Shown piece after piece: positions 1 to 11,938 of a stretch of DNA of 64,000 bases. The notes beneath the pieces are model-generated. The model did no database searches and was not told the DNA's origin. It saw nothing but the letters and a program-made list of their open reading frames with translations. The translations under genes were made by a program, and so were the position numbers. The DNA is taken from assembly GCA_047495785.1 (NCBI GenBank), contig JBLDXI010000013.1:3348001-3412000 (forward strand). The letters run 5' to 3'. Positions within the stretch are counted from its first letter, which is position 1. Every line of letters begins with the position of its first letter. Source of the DNA: Lepidodermella squamata. Its lineage: Eukaryota; Animalia; Gastrotricha.

Positions 1-2
1 AC

Positions 3-1013
3 TACCGGCCTCATTCCGATACTGAAGAAGAATACTTCGAACCCGTCGCTCGTAGACAGGTTCGCTTCCGACGAGACTTTCGCCACCATTCACCCGAGAG
101 GGTGATTGAAGATCCGCGCGACCGGTTGATCCAAGAACCCGACTCGCCCTTGATGTCGGAAGATAGCGAAGATCTCGAATACATGTTACGCCCGAACAGT
201 TTGCCGTTCTTCACGCCGAGAGGCGCTTCGTCACCGCAATCTCAATCAGACAGTGAAGCCAGTCGAAATATTCCGTTTTATCAAGATTCGCCAATCTCGG
301 AACCTTCCGAACACTACAACGACCCTTCGCCCATTTCCGAGGCTTCCGACTACGACGATGCACTTTTCGGCAATTATCAACACGGAAATCAACAGCATTA
401 CGCGGATGAACCCTCGCCGATTTCTGAAGATGGGTATGATGGTCGTTATTCGAGAGTGGAACAAGATCTTTACACGCCTAGCGCCTCTGAAGATAACAAC
501 CCTAACTGGATGAATGATGCTGTTCTGTCTGAAAATGAAAAAGAAACTACGGTTGATTGGATGCAGCAGCGCCGTGAGCCTGATGAAGCTTCTATCACTT
601 CCGGAGATTCTAGGGCAAACCATGGCTTGCCGCAAAGTCGTAGATCTTCATTGGTCCAGGCCACGATTTCTCCCCCACTTTCGCCTATTGAGTCAGAAAT
701 TAGTGGTAGAAATACGACTGCTGCTGCAACTGGCTATTCAAGCGAGGTCTCAACGCCGATGAGTGAATTGACGGATATTTCAGTTGTTTCTTCGGCTGGC
801 ACCGACGTTGAGCGGGGCTGGTCTCGCTACACGCGGATGGGCATCCAATTCATGAATGCAGTGCGTAATGTGTTCAGCGAAACCGATTGGCGGCAGTTCT
901 TGACTGGGCATCCTGAAATCCGTGACCGGCCTGAAAACACTCAGCCTGAATCTGTGATTGCGGCGGCTCTCCAGGAAGATGAAAACAGGTCCATGGCTTT
1001 GATTCCGCAATAA
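3..1013 (+). CDS. 3' part of an acidic, Ser/Pro-rich low-complexity protein of unknown function (5'-truncated by the window edge)
   Basis: The frame of ORF 102..1013 is open back to position 3 (YRPHSDTEEEYFEP...). It contains repeated SPISE-like motifs and ends at TAA 1011-1013. Confidence 0.6.
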   Translation, partial: YRPHSDTEEEYFEPVARRQVRFRRDFRHHSPERVIEDPRDRLIQEPDSPLMSEDSEDLEYMLRPNSLPFFTPRGASSPQSQSDSEASRNIPFYQDSPISEPSEHYNDPSPISEASDYDDALFGNYQHGNQQHYADEPSPISEDGYDGRYSRVEQDLYTPSASEDNNPNWMNDAVLSENEKETTVDWMQQRREPDEASITSGDSRANHGLPQSRRSSLVQATISPPLSPIESEISGRNTTAAATGYSSEVSTPMSELTDISVVSSAGTDVERGWSRYTRMGIQFMNAVRNVFSETDWRQFLTGHPEIRDRPENTQPESVIAAALQEDENRSMALIPQ

Positions 1014-1484
1014 AATTACGAAAAAACTGGTTGTTATTGAAGTATACTCATAGAATAAGTAAAAACTCGTTAGATTTTTTGTATGGGATGTTGCGTTTTA
1101 CTGTTTTTAATCACTTATTCGTAATTTTCAGCACAATATCAGAGTTCTGGGAGATTAAAAGAAAATTCAGCCTGTTCTAAACACTACCAAGTTGTTATCG
1201 GTACATGCAGGTCGCTGCGTAGCCATATTATTAGTTTGACCTATATAATGCGTTGATGACCTGCAATGCCTGCGACTGACCTGCGATTGTTGAGACCTTC
1301 GTTTTATTACTTTTTACGGATGAGACCCATAATATAGGCAACTAATAATTTGAGGTCATTACAACGATAATAACAAAGCGAATGTGACTTCCGTCTGCGC
1401 GATAGCGTGTAATCGACTTAGGAAGATCGAATGACACGTAGGTATGGAAAGTTCAAATTGCCTGAATTTTTCTCGTTTCAAATG

Positions 1485-3833
1485 TTATGACTTGCTGGTT
1501 GCAGCCATCACAGCAGAAGTTATTAAAGTGAGCATCAATCCTATAGCTGCCATCGCTATCCGCTGCGAGGAAGTTCGTTCGCCAAGTACGAACATCACGA
1601 GCAACCCTCCAAGTAGCAAGCAGGCTGAATTCGCCACTACCCACCTTTTGAAATGCACTTTATATGTTGCGCAGTGATGTCGGAAATCAGCTCTTTTAGT
1701 AATTTGATAGGCTGCCGCTGCTCCAAATAGCAAAATGACGAGGTGGAACAGAGCAATTGACAACGTCCAAATCGTTATAGATCCTATTTCAGAAACACAG
1801 GTGAACTGCCACGTTTCGAGAAAGACGTCATCATCCGCGTTGTCAACAGTCCTAACGAGACGAGAATAGCAGGTAACTCCGTCAAAGCCAGCTAACCAAA
1901 TCGCTAAAATCGCGGCGTTTATAATTAAAAAAATAAATACAAGTAGACCTGTTGTTCGATCAACATTTTTGAGAGAGGATTCCTCATTTTCCTCAATCGC
2001 GTCATACATATTACGAACTGGCGAAGCTCTTTGATGAGACTGAGACCTTTTTGTTATTGTCTTAGTCAAACGCGTGCGAGCTGAAAACTGTGCCGTATCA
2101 GTTGTAGAACCATTCGTTCGCCGCTGAATCGTCATCTTCCCTAGCGTTCGTTTCATTTCTAGGAATTGAAGGGCAAGAGTTCCATTAATTAAAGATGTTC
2201 CCAAGACAAAGGTTACTAATGACCCTGTCCAAGTTATTTTCGAATCTCCCCAGTCGCCAGGTAACGCAAATAAGCAGGAAGAAATGTTGACAATAATGCC
2301 TCCGATAAGAGTTGAAGTGTCTATTAATCGGAGTCCATCAGTGTTCTTCACAGTCCTTACTATCAAATAAACCGTAAAGAGCGCAATACAACCAGCCAAA
2401 GCGACTACGGCGATGAAGAACGGCTGAGAAGTGGCGTCGATGATCTTCACGGTTGGTCTCGAGTCAAATTTTGGCAAGTCGAAGAATTTGAGATTTTTAA
2501 ACTGGGGCATCATCTCAATGAAATAGCTTTCGTATTCGAAATCAACCGAGTTAGGTTTCTGTAGCAGCCGGGCGAAGTCAAACGGTTCGCCGAGCTTTTC
2601 TGAGTAGTATGCGATAACTTTGTTGTCTCGATCGGGCAGTCCTCCTTTCGAATAGGTCATTAGGCCAACCCTAAGCCCGATGGCTCTCGAATTCAAAACC
2701 GACTGATTTGCGATCTTCATCACTAGCTCTGGGTACTGAGGATAGTCCTTAAGGGTGAGATTTAGCTTGTTCAGCTCAGTTTCAGTATTGTTCAGAGCCA
2801 TGATTGCAAGCAGCAAGCTGTCATGAGTTGCAGAATGAACTTCTGTTATAGATCCATTGGTCCGCTGGCTTAAGGCGCTACTGAACTCTGCTGCGGTATA
2901 TCCTAACTCCGACTTCAAGTTCTGATCTATAGGTTTACTAGATAGACCAAACCAAAACGTGCTCGGCATTTGTTTTTCATAGTCTTCATCTGAACAAAAT
3001 TTGGGCCTAACGTTGGCGGGTTGATATGACTCGAGATTGAGGATGAAGACGTATTTAGGTCCAGTTATTCCGAACTTGAAAGCTTTGCACATGAACGACG
3101 TAATCATCGGTTGATCGGAGATGTAAGCGACTATAATTCTCGCGTCGGATTTCTTCAGGGAGATGACCGTTTCGTCACTCATAGAGTCCCCACTTTCCAG
3201 GTCAAACCATACTACAGTGAAGTTAGCCTTGACTGCCTTTTGGTGAATGAATAGAGCATTCGAATTGTCGTTTACCGAACCAGTGTGGGAGATGATCGCA
3301 ATTTTGTTCCATTTACCCCACTCCCTGATGAAGTTCAGTATAGGCTGAGCTGTGAATTTGTCTGTTGTTTGCGTGAGGTACAAGTTGCGGAATAGATAGT
3401 GCTCGCTCAGGACAGGTGACGTGCAAGTCGTCGCAATGACAACTTGATCGATGTAGTGCATGAATCTTCCGATTTGGCGGCATCCGGTCGAGAAAAACGG
3501 GCCGACGACAATAGGGGATCGAACAATGTTTCCAGGTTGAACATCGCCTTCAAATTGACGGTTGAAAGCGATTACCTTACGCGCTGCCAATCTGCCGACT
3601 TCCTCTTCCTCTGGCTGAACTTCCAGCTTGTAGTTCGGTAAAATGTCTCGTCTGGAATTGACGATCGTGGCGAGTAAATCGCTATTATTGGTGAATTGCC
3701 AAGTCATTGGCATCATATTCAGCAGTTTGATCGTGAATGTTTTATTAATGGGCCGCAGTTCATTCAAGCTGAGCTGATAAGTTGGTACCAGCACGATTAC
3801 CAGAAATAGCAAAATGACTGAAAGCAGAGGCAT
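1485..3833 (-). CDS. Intronless class C GPCR-like protein (GABA-B-type: Venus-flytrap/ANF-receptor ectodomain plus 7TM)
   Basis: The 782-aa ORF has a signal peptide and VFT motifs (NSRRDILPNYKL, VVGPFFS, SPVLS, WGKWNKIAII, LKKSDARIIV, FMCKAFKFGITGPKYVFIL). Seven hydrophobic segments follow about aa 470, and there is no Cys-rich linker. Confidence 0.85.
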   Translation of the reverse strand: MPLLSVILLFLVIVLVPTYQLSLNELRPINKTFTIKLLNMMPMTWQFTNNSDLLATIVNSRRDILPNYKLEVQPEEEEVGRLAARKVIAFNRQFEGDVQPGNIVRSPIVVGPFFSTGCRQIGRFMHYIDQVVIATTCTSPVLSEHYLFRNLYLTQTTDKFTAQPILNFIREWGKWNKIAIISHTGSVNDNSNALFIHQKAVKANFTVVWFDLESGDSMSDETVISLKKSDARIIVAYISDQPMITSFMCKAFKFGITGPKYVFILNLESYQPANVRPKFCSDEDYEKQMPSTFWFGLSSKPIDQNLKSELGYTAAEFSSALSQRTNGSITEVHSATHDSLLLAIMALNNTETELNKLNLTLKDYPQYPELVMKIANQSVLNSRAIGLRVGLMTYSKGGLPDRDNKVIAYYSEKLGEPFDFARLLQKPNSVDFEYESYFIEMMPQFKNLKFFDLPKFDSRPTVKIIDATSQPFFIAVVALAGCIALFTVYLIVRTVKNTDGLRLIDTSTLIGGIIVNISSCLFALPGDWGDSKITWTGSLVTFVLGTSLINGTLALQFLEMKRTLGKMTIQRRTNGSTTDTAQFSARTRLTKTITKRSQSHQRASPVRNMYDAIEENEESSLKNVDRTTGLLVFIFLIINAAILAIWLAGFDGVTCYSRLVRTVDNADDDVFLETWQFTCVSEIGSITIWTLSIALFHLVILLFGAAAAYQITKRADFRHHCATYKVHFKRWVVANSACLLLGGLLVMFVLGERTSSQRIAMAAIGLMLTLITSAVMAATSKS

Positions 3834-3886
3834 TGTGAAAAAGTGACATAAACTAGATGTCGATGGATGATTTCAACTCGCAAGTA

Positions 3887-3892
3887 TTTATA
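3887..3892 (-). promoter_or_regulatory. Candidate TATA box of the GPCR gene
   Basis: TATAAA on the minus strand about 55 nt upstream of the ATG at 3833. Confidence 0.35.
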
Positions 3893-4793
3893 TCCTATGT
3901 TTTGTACAATGTCAAAGTGGAGTTACATTACACACCACGCTGTTCTTCGGAAGGAAATGAAAGCCTGACCTAATGCGTGCGAATTCTTTTAAATTCTTCA
4001 CCCGATGATGCCGTGTCGAATGATGTTGTTTACGCATCTAAACCTAAATCTAAACCGCAGGGACAAGCTTTCAGGATATTTTTCAAATCGACAAATGCTG
4101 CTTTCAATCAAATTCCTCATCCACAACCAAAGTCGTGGAAGGTTCGCTCTGCACCTTGAGACGACTTGATGCTGTCCATCGTTCGACCTTCATCTCGATA
4201 GTTATCAGCCGGAATGAATCAGACTATGAAAGGAAAAACAAGATACATTTCAGATTGTTTTATTAATATAGTCTTCTCAGTCGAGAGAATAACCCTCCTC
4301 CTTTTCATTTCTTGTCAGCATCATACCTAGTACCTAGTCGAACTTGAAATCAAATACTATAACCAAGGCGAAAAAACTTGGCTCTCCAGTCCTTAATAAT
4401 GAGCAACGCATGGTTGCCTGGTGATATCGGCGTTTCGGATCTCCTTAGAGAACAATATTGTTATTTGGATACGACCTACGGATAAGAATCACTGTGCGCG
4501 TGCCGACGCTGGACCGGAACCTGGGTAAAACTAGCAAATTCCTTTTTTATGTATCGAAATACTACATCACACGGCACCATACTCAAATAATCGAAAATTT
4601 TCTATTTCCAGTGTATTTTCATTCAGCGTTAGGTGCCATTTATAGTTGATAGTACTCAATCCTGAGAACAATCTCTTTCGCAAAAATTTTCGACAAATAT
4701 TAACAGTCTCGGCGCGTTTGTTTACCGCAGTTTATATCGGATGAAATTTTCGTTCAAATCGTTTACTCGCCCCACTTGTTATTTGCATAAAGG

Positions 4794-6122
4794 ATGAAAG
4801 ACAGCGCAGATACATATTTTTGGCGTTGCTGGTCCGGAACAGCAATTTTACTAGGGCGGATATTCGCGTAGAATTCGAGTAAACAACGCCATTATTAGAC
4901 GATATTTATGACTTCCTCTAAATATATCGAAAATTTTTGCCATCACACATGTCTCAATATATTATTTCTATTGGTTTTTTTCTCTGCACAGTATTTCATA
5001 AAGATGTCGAAAAAATTGGGCATTCCAGCACTGGTGGAATCACAAGCTCGCTGTAATTGCCGATCTTCATCTTCTAATAATATTTTTCGGCCGAATAAAC
5101 TTGGCGAGTTCGGCTCGCTAGCTGTATTATTGGCGATTTTCGATATTTTCAGAAAAGTTCAACCTGCTGAAAGCCTTATTTGCTACAACTACACATCGAC
5201 AACATCTAATCAGCTGCCTACCAATCCGCCATTCGCCACGGGCTGTAAAAGCTGCACGGTTAGTGGCTGACTAAACATTACGAAAATTGATTGTAAAATG
5301 TAAAATCATCCAACCTAAAATCAAATACCTAGATTTTTTTACGGTTGAATTTAAGGTTAATTTTTTTGTTTTCAATACGTCAGAAAATGTTTCTAATTCT
5401 TCCGAAAATTCCCAACATATTATAAAAATTTTTATTTTTCTTTCAGCGCGGTGTTTACTCAGCTCAGTGGCCTGGTCGGTTTGGTTCTCCTGAGGTTCGC
5501 ATCAAGTTTTAGAGACTGGCCCAGTTTAAATTATTTTTTGTGTAGCCTGATACATACACGTGGATGTGCAGCAGTTTAGCTGTTCAACTACCTACGCCCT
5601 CGGTTGGCACTTCGCAGAGCGATTACCCAAAAGATCAGGAGTGCGCAATGGGATCCTACGAACTCGCAAGGTAATTTTCCACGGGCTTACTCTCAATTTA
5701 ACAGGGAATGGAGCAAAAGGAGATCGCCTATTTACGTTGCTTGTTGCCATTTTTTTATTAATTTGTTTTTTGTGTTCTTTTCAGTCCATCTGCCGGCTAT
5801 ATGGTTAGTGGAAACTGATTATATTTTATGATGCAGCCTTAAATATTTTGTAAAGGCTCTATGTACTTGCTGCACGGACTTTTGCAACGCAGTAGCAACT
5901 TGCCGGACCTACCCAACAGAACGGCAGGCAGCTTTCCCCCTCAATTTGTACATAAACAGCAATCGCCAGCGGAACATCGAACCAAGCAATTACGTAGACA
6001 CAAGTAGCAGTGCGTTCAAAACGAATGGAAATTACAATAGAAATTCATCGCCGTTATTAGCAGTCGATCGGCTGGCGCTGAGTAGCATTGCCGTGTCTTT
6101 GCTATCGTTGTTATCTCTCTGA
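4794..6122 (+). CDS. Multi-exon Ly6/uPAR (three-finger, quiver/sleepless-like) GPI-anchored protein; internal exon joins only partly resolved
   Basis: Exon 5153-5258 reads KVQPAESLICYNY...CKSCT. Several small GT-AG-flanked exons lie at about 5447-5803. The last exon 5856-6122 reads ALCTCCTDFCN...LALSSIAVSLLSLLSL*, i.e. a CCxDxCN-type signature plus a hydrophobic GPI-like tail. The ATG at 4794 is tentative. Confidence 0.6.
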
Positions 6123-6445
6123 ATACAATTAGCCACCATAGTTTTGTTGTTGAAATCAATTTTGTAATGAAATATGCCCGAGTTATAAAGTGATCGAAAG
6201 TGACCTGCGTTATTTAAGTTGTTGCGTTGGAACTGGGGACAACGGCACAATGGCTATCTGTCTGTAAAAAGGCCAACATTCGCGAGTGGAAAGACAGGCT
6301 GTAGTTTGGAGATGAAAGCTGAATGATCAGTGGTACCAAACTTGCCCAATAGTTATTACAACAGAAATTGCTTCCTAGAATAATGATCAAGAGACAGTCG
6401 TGGGTGCCACCAGCACAGATAGGGAGAATTTATTAAATCACCATA

Positions 6446-8882
6446 TCAAATCCCGCAAACTTCTGACTTGGAATTAAAATAACATGCATTCAATGAAACG
6501 TCGCTATAATCGTTTCCATTCGAAGACAGAAGGACAAAAGTGTATGTGCCATGAGGGGGGCATTCGATTACAAGTTGTACGGATTCAGATTGACCCTGAA
6601 CACCTGTGTCGAATTCGCTGTAGTCGACAGTGACATTGTCTCGAGAAAAGTTCTTGATGCCGTAATATATGAGAAAATCAACTTCCATTATATCTTTGTC
6701 GAGACCATCATCATTTTCATCGTCATCGTCAGTCCCATCACCATTGTCCTTCTCATTATCGTCATCGTCCTTGTTAAACGAAATTTCTCCACTGTCTATT
6801 ACAGTCACAGGTAATCGCAATGAAATGATGAGTTTCGATGGAGCCGGCTTGCCAGGCCTTTGCTTTACTTCGAAAACAAATTGATAGATTGCATCTCCCG
6901 TTCCGGCAATATTTCCTTGAGTAACGCAGTTGTTGAGCTGGACGATATCTCCAGTAGGATCGTCCCCCATATAGTCTGAAATATCACATTTGGTGCGGTT
7001 GGCAACAACTCCGACTCTACGGAAGGCGTCTTCAATATCTCCAATTTGTTTTAGAGACATCCTTGAGATTGCAGCATATTTCAAGATTCCACATAACCCA
7101 TCTGCCATTTTGAGAAATGAACCCCACAAAAATCTGTTTGCGCCATAGAAAACTTTGTACGCCTCGTAAATATTCCACCCTCGCATTTGGGACAGCAAGT
7201 AGAAAGCGTGGTTGTAAATTCCACTGCAGATGTGCGCGTCCATCCTCGGCGTGTACTCGCTATATTTCTTTATTTGCTGAGCATCCGACGTCGGCTTTTT
7301 CAGATTCCGAACAAGATTACGACTCGCAGCATCCCGGGACTTCTGCGCATCGATGTCGAATAGCCAATCAGTTGAACCTCGGGCACAGGCACGGACCATC
7401 ATAGCGGTGATGTCGCTAAAGGCTGGATATATATAGTTTTTAATAACTGTTGTAGCGATCTTTTACCCACCTTCATTGATACATCCCATTTCTCCAGAGT
7501 AGTACATTTCGGAGAAGCGGGCGGTTAAAGCGTGGGCGATTTCGTGGGAAACAGAGTCTATGCTTGAGCAAGACGGGTACTCGTTTCTTAAGTCTCCGTT
7601 GCCTTAAAACAGAAGAGTTTTTTCATTCTGAGCAAAATCGATGTGTTTTCCTCACCAAAAAAAACTCCGTTCTCGTTCCAGAATGCCATAGCTCTCATCT
7701 GACCATAGTTTATGTGAACCCGCAAAGGTTTTCCTCCCGTGATAAGACCGAAATCGCGCAGATTCACTGTGAGCAAGCATCTCAGATGTAAGAATCTTTG
7801 TGAAAAAGTGGGTCCTACCATGTTCCGCCAGACATTTTTGCGTTTGAATAGCATAGTCTATGCAATCTGCGGCAACGCCATAACCTCCATTCACCTATAT
7901 CATCAGTAACGAATATTATGAAGCATTAGTTGGATCATGAAGATGATACCTCATCCTCAACAAGAGAACCGCATGGATAAGCAAATAGCTTGCTGTTGAC
8001 ACTGGAAGTATTGCCTTCCATATCGTAAATACTGAAAAATCCTTTGGAATGCTCAACTATGCACTCATCCAGTTCAGTGTGTCTATCTGTAAGATCGAGC
8101 TTGACTTTACGCTTGCCGATTTTTCTGTTGCCCCCTGAAGCGTCGACAGCAAATGCCGAGGTTGGTGTTATTACTATCATGGTGTCGTTTAATATGTCGT
8201 GCAAACAGACTATAAAGAAACGATTCAGTGATGTATCAATGCTTAAAAAATCATACAGTATCTCTGAGCTTCGTCGAGTTCGTTGATAATTGCGATATTT
8301 TCGTGCATTGTCATGAATGTCTGCTCCTCGAGCCATAAGGTTCGGTATGAAAAATTCCATAATTTAACACCAATTCCCTGTAAAATATCTGGCTTCGTCA
8401 TCATTCAGTTACGCTTCAAATCAGAAAAATACCTCCGTGAAGTTGTATTGTTCGGCAAGTCCCGCCATGCAAGCGATGTAGCCTTTAGAACTGCTGATAT
8501 TTTTCGCTGATTCGATTACTTGCTTGGCTAATTCGTCAAAACGAGGTATGTCGTCCAGTATTTGGCCACTCAATGCGTATTGTATGGCTTCTGTTTCGTC
8601 TTCCGTGAACACGAGATTGTAATTGTCCAGGCTATAGCCGCCAAAGACGAGATTGAACGTGAGCAAGCGTCGACCATCAGGCAGTTCCTCTTTATCAGCT
8701 AAAGTGAGGTTGCTATTCGGTGATAAGGCCAACAATTGCTCGATTGTCGGCCTTTCAGTGATATCGTCATTTTGTAGAACAGTGATATTCAGCCGATCGG
8801 AATTTTGTATCAAAAAGATTCCACTGGCATAGGTTTGTGAACAAATCCATGCCAATCCAACTACAATCAAGCTAAGTTTCAT
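6446..8882 (-). CDS. Secreted M4-family (thermolysin/vibriolysin/LasB-like) zinc metalloprotease, copy A, 7 exons, about 708 aa
   Basis: Signal peptide MKLSLIVVGLAWICSQTYA; FTP/PepSY-like propeptide; mature-like start VDASGGNRKIGK; HEIAH at 7546-7532; GCINEAFSD; DAHICSGIYNHAFYLL; AFRRVGV; C-terminal PPC-like domain. GT-AG introns at 8432-8378, 8256-8210, 7949-7895, 7818-7767, 7655-7603 and 7470-7423 give one continuous frame. Confidence 0.9.
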
Positions 8883-9214
8883 TGTTGGAACGATACAATA
8901 TGTGTTACATGGGCTTAAGCTGCGACGCATGCCACATTCTCACCTACTTGACAATGGGCTGGTATTCGAATAAAAGCGAGCTGCATTATTCTACCGCCTA
9001 GATAGACTTCAGCTAAAAGCTGCAGCAGTGGAACCAAACAGTAGAGTTGTTGCACGTCTTAGAACTATTAAAATGCCCCTTTCCTTGCCCTGTAAACTAT
9101 TCCATGATTATATGACTGATGGCTGACTCATCCGAATGAACATTTTTCTATGAAAGTTCAAACGATCGATGAGCGCGTTCCAAACAGAAGACCTCTACCG
9201 TCTTCGGAAATGCA

Positions 9215-9420
9215 TAGCGTTAGCGATGCGCCAAAACAACCACTTTATTCTTTACAGCTTTTTTATGGAAAGGTACGATCGACCCTTGAACGTCTATTCA
9301 AATTACGATAAGTACGATCAGTGTCAAATAGGCCGAATGTACTCCTTCTTTACGTTCGGCTCGTCAAAGTACGATCGAATGAGTCATCAAAGTGGTTGTT
9401 TTGGCGCGTCGCTAACGATA
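9215..9420. mobile_element. 206-bp MITE (TA-flanked, about 30-bp TIRs), copy 1
   Basis: Ends (t)agcgttagcgatgcgccaaaacaaccacttt and aaagtggttgttttggcgcgtcgctaacgata are inverted repeats; a near-identical copy lies at 14481-14686. Confidence 0.85.
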
Positions 9421-10375
9421 GGTAATATTAGGCCGGTACGGTGTTGAATTGAAATTGAAATGAAAGGGTTGGAAAACGTTTCCTGAAAACCTTAAGAATC
9501 AACTTTCTGGGAAGGGTGGCATACGGGCAACCTTTATCACGGCAGAAATGGTGATGAATCGCGACGGCTGGCAGAGGAAGACGCATTTAGCGGACAGAAC
9601 GTGTGTACCGATCCGTGCGTACAGATCAGGGCTGCTCTTTCACAAACATCACCCTGAGCAAGCAACCAGGTATCACCAAACCCGCAGCAGCGAGCAATAG
9701 CGAGCCGAAGGAGGAGCAGTTTTCTGCCACAATTTTTCGCAATCAATCAAAGCCGAGATAATCAAGCAACATTGGGCCGATCCAGTGGAGGAAGAACTTA
9801 ATGCTTCGTAGTAAAAAATACCGGTTGCTCGTTAAGAGCGACTGAACGCTAGACAGTAATGAGTAGCTGGACTTTGGCAATGAAAATCGAACAGCTAGTA
9901 TTCTGTTGTTGACGAATTGACCGATCGACGAAGCGACGCATCGACGGGGCAATAAAAAACGAATGATAAACAGCTATAGGCACAAACATGAATGCACTTG
10001 CTGCGCAGCAAAAATAGCAATGATTCATTTGCTCGGCAAAACCGACCTATCATGCATCTGTCTCGGACGCAAATAAACCTTGAATGAGACTTGAAATGTT
10101 TGCACCCTCAGCTTCGGCCCCGGACGACCGGAAAAAATTCCTCAGGCACTAGATTGGTCGATACGAGTCAACTCACTTCTCACATCTAGCTCCCTGGACG
10201 TGGTCGTCAAATCAAAATCCGATCTCACTAACACTTTATTACAAAAATAACGGGTCTGAGGGCATTTTGCATGGATCATCCTGTGATATTCTAGAACAAA
10301 AGCAGACTGATAAAAAATGGAGATGAATAGGTTATTCGTGAAGCAGATATGATGGAAAACATGACATCGATACAT

Positions 10376-11938
10376 CTATCGACGTTCGACTCTCACTCGC
10401 ACGGGCCCCTTCGGGATCATCACCAAATGAACAGTCACTGGTAAGGTTCTCGGCGCATCATCACTGTGAGGCTTAAACCGGTATTTTCGTAAAAGGTGGA
10501 TCAACGCCATTTCCAATTCGAGCATTGCAAACAGCTGGCCGGAACAGCGCCTCGGGCCGAGTCCGAACGCCAGGAAGGCACTTGCTGGTCGATTGCTGGT
10601 TGGGTAGTCATCGAGAAATCGATCCGGGTGGAATTCACGTGGACTAACCGGGCCCCAGAGCTCCTCGTTCATATGAATGCTCCACATGTCTACAAGGACG
10701 GAGTTTAACGTCGGGTCTACTTGATAACCGCCCAGCGATGTTTCTTCCAGAATTTGTCTGTTAACGATATTCAGGCCCTCAGGGTTCAGCCTAACTGTTT
10801 CCTTACAAACAGCGTTCAGAAACGTCATCTTGTTCATAACCGTGTCGTAATCTAGCGGTGTTGAAGGGTCGGGGTAAAACTGCAGAATTTCTTCGAGTAG
10901 ACGATCCTGAACATCTGGGTACATTGCAAGGTTGTACAACGCAAATGCCAGTGTAGTCGATGTTGTTTCATAACCAGCCATCAAAAACATATTGATATTA
11001 GTCTTCAGTTGGTCCATTGTCAGGCTTGGCCGGTTATTAACGCTGTCCTCCGCGAAATTCGTGACATTGATCAAGCTTTGCAGTAAATCCTTAGGTCTGT
11101 GAGTTTGATTCAGTAACCGCCTTCCCTGAACCATTTGATTAGTCCAACTTCGAAGCCATTCGTAGGGGGCAAGTGGACCGACGGCAACTTTCATCATGCC
11201 ATGCACGAATGCTTTGACAGATTGGCGAAGTGACGGGAAGATGTTGACCAGTTTAAACATCCATGATGAAGAAATAACGCCAGTCTGCACCATTTCTCGC
11301 GCCTCCTGGTAGACCTTCATTCCATGTTTATGATTCGGATGATCGCGGTCCATAAGGTGCAGTTCCGCGCCGAAAGCTGCTCTGCATAAGGCACTCATCG
11401 CAAAGCGCTGGGAAGGTTCGCGAACGTCAAACGCATGCTGGCCATTGCCAGAAATTTCAGCCACCAGATCGGATAGGCAATTCAGCTTTAGTTCGATGTT
11501 TGGCATGGCTTGCTTCATTGTCTCCCGATTGAAGAACTGACCAGCAGCGGTTCTCAGAATCCGCCAAAATTGTGTTGTTGCGATCAACATATTTATCATT
11601 GGATGCTTAGGTTCGGAGTCGCTGTTTGGTCGAATTGGGGCTAAATCCCGGCCGTTGAAGGCAGAGGTTTGTTTCAAACAAATTTGCTCAGCTAGGTCGA
11701 TGTGCGAGACGACGAGAGTTGGAATCATTCCTTCGTAAAATCCAAAAACATGGCCATATTTTTCTCTCCAAGCTTTGATGACCTCGTGTCGATTATCCCC
11801 TCTCAGCTCCAGTGAGTTGCCGAGTAGCCAGTGGGGCGCTGGTCCGGGAATGCCGAGCCTCTTGAATTCTTTGAAACAGAAATATTTCCTCCAGATGTAG
11901 AAGACAGCTGCAGCGAGAAGTAGAGCGATGAAAATCAT
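10376..11938 (-). CDS. Cytochrome P450, CYP3-clan-like, intronless, copy A
   Basis: N-terminal anchor, PGPAP hinge, I-helix AGYETT, K-helix ETVR, PDRF and heme motif FGLGPRRCSG. The first ATG is at 11938. Confidence 0.95.
   Translation of the reverse strand: MIFIALLLAAAVFYIWRKYFCFKEFKRLGIPGPAPHWLLGNSLELRGDNRHEVIKAWREKYGHVFGFYEGMIPTLVVSHIDLAEQICLKQTSAFNGRDLAPIRPNSDSEPKHPMINMLIATTQFWRILRTAAGQFFNRETMKQAMPNIELKLNCLSDLVAEISGNGQHAFDVREPSQRFAMSALCRAAFGAELHLMDRDHPNHKHGMKVYQEAREMVQTGVISSSWMFKLVNIFPSLRQSVKAFVHGMMKVAVGPLAPYEWLRSWTNQMVQGRRLLNQTHRPKDLLQSLINVTNFAEDSVNNRPSLTMDQLKTNINMFLMAGYETTSTTLAFALYNLAMYPDVQDRLLEEILQFYPDPSTPLDYDTVMNKMTFLNAVCKETVRLNPEGLNIVNRQILEETSLGGYQVDPTLNSVLVDMWSIHMNEELWGPVSPREFHPDRFLDDYPTSNRPASAFLAFGLGPRRCSGQLFAMLELEMALIHLLRKYRFKPHSDDAPRTLPVTVHLVMIPKGPVRVRVERR

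Noticed and set aside
7420-8440. M4 genes as frameshifted pseudogenes, as the ORF track suggests
   Set aside because: Every frame change coincides with a GT-AG intron; spliced lengths (2127 and 2178 nt) are multiples of three and I found no internal stops.
6446-8882. Bacterial contamination or chimeric contig as the source of the M4 genes
   Set aside because: Both copies have six canonical spliceosomal introns of host-typical size at the same positions and are interleaved with animal genes.
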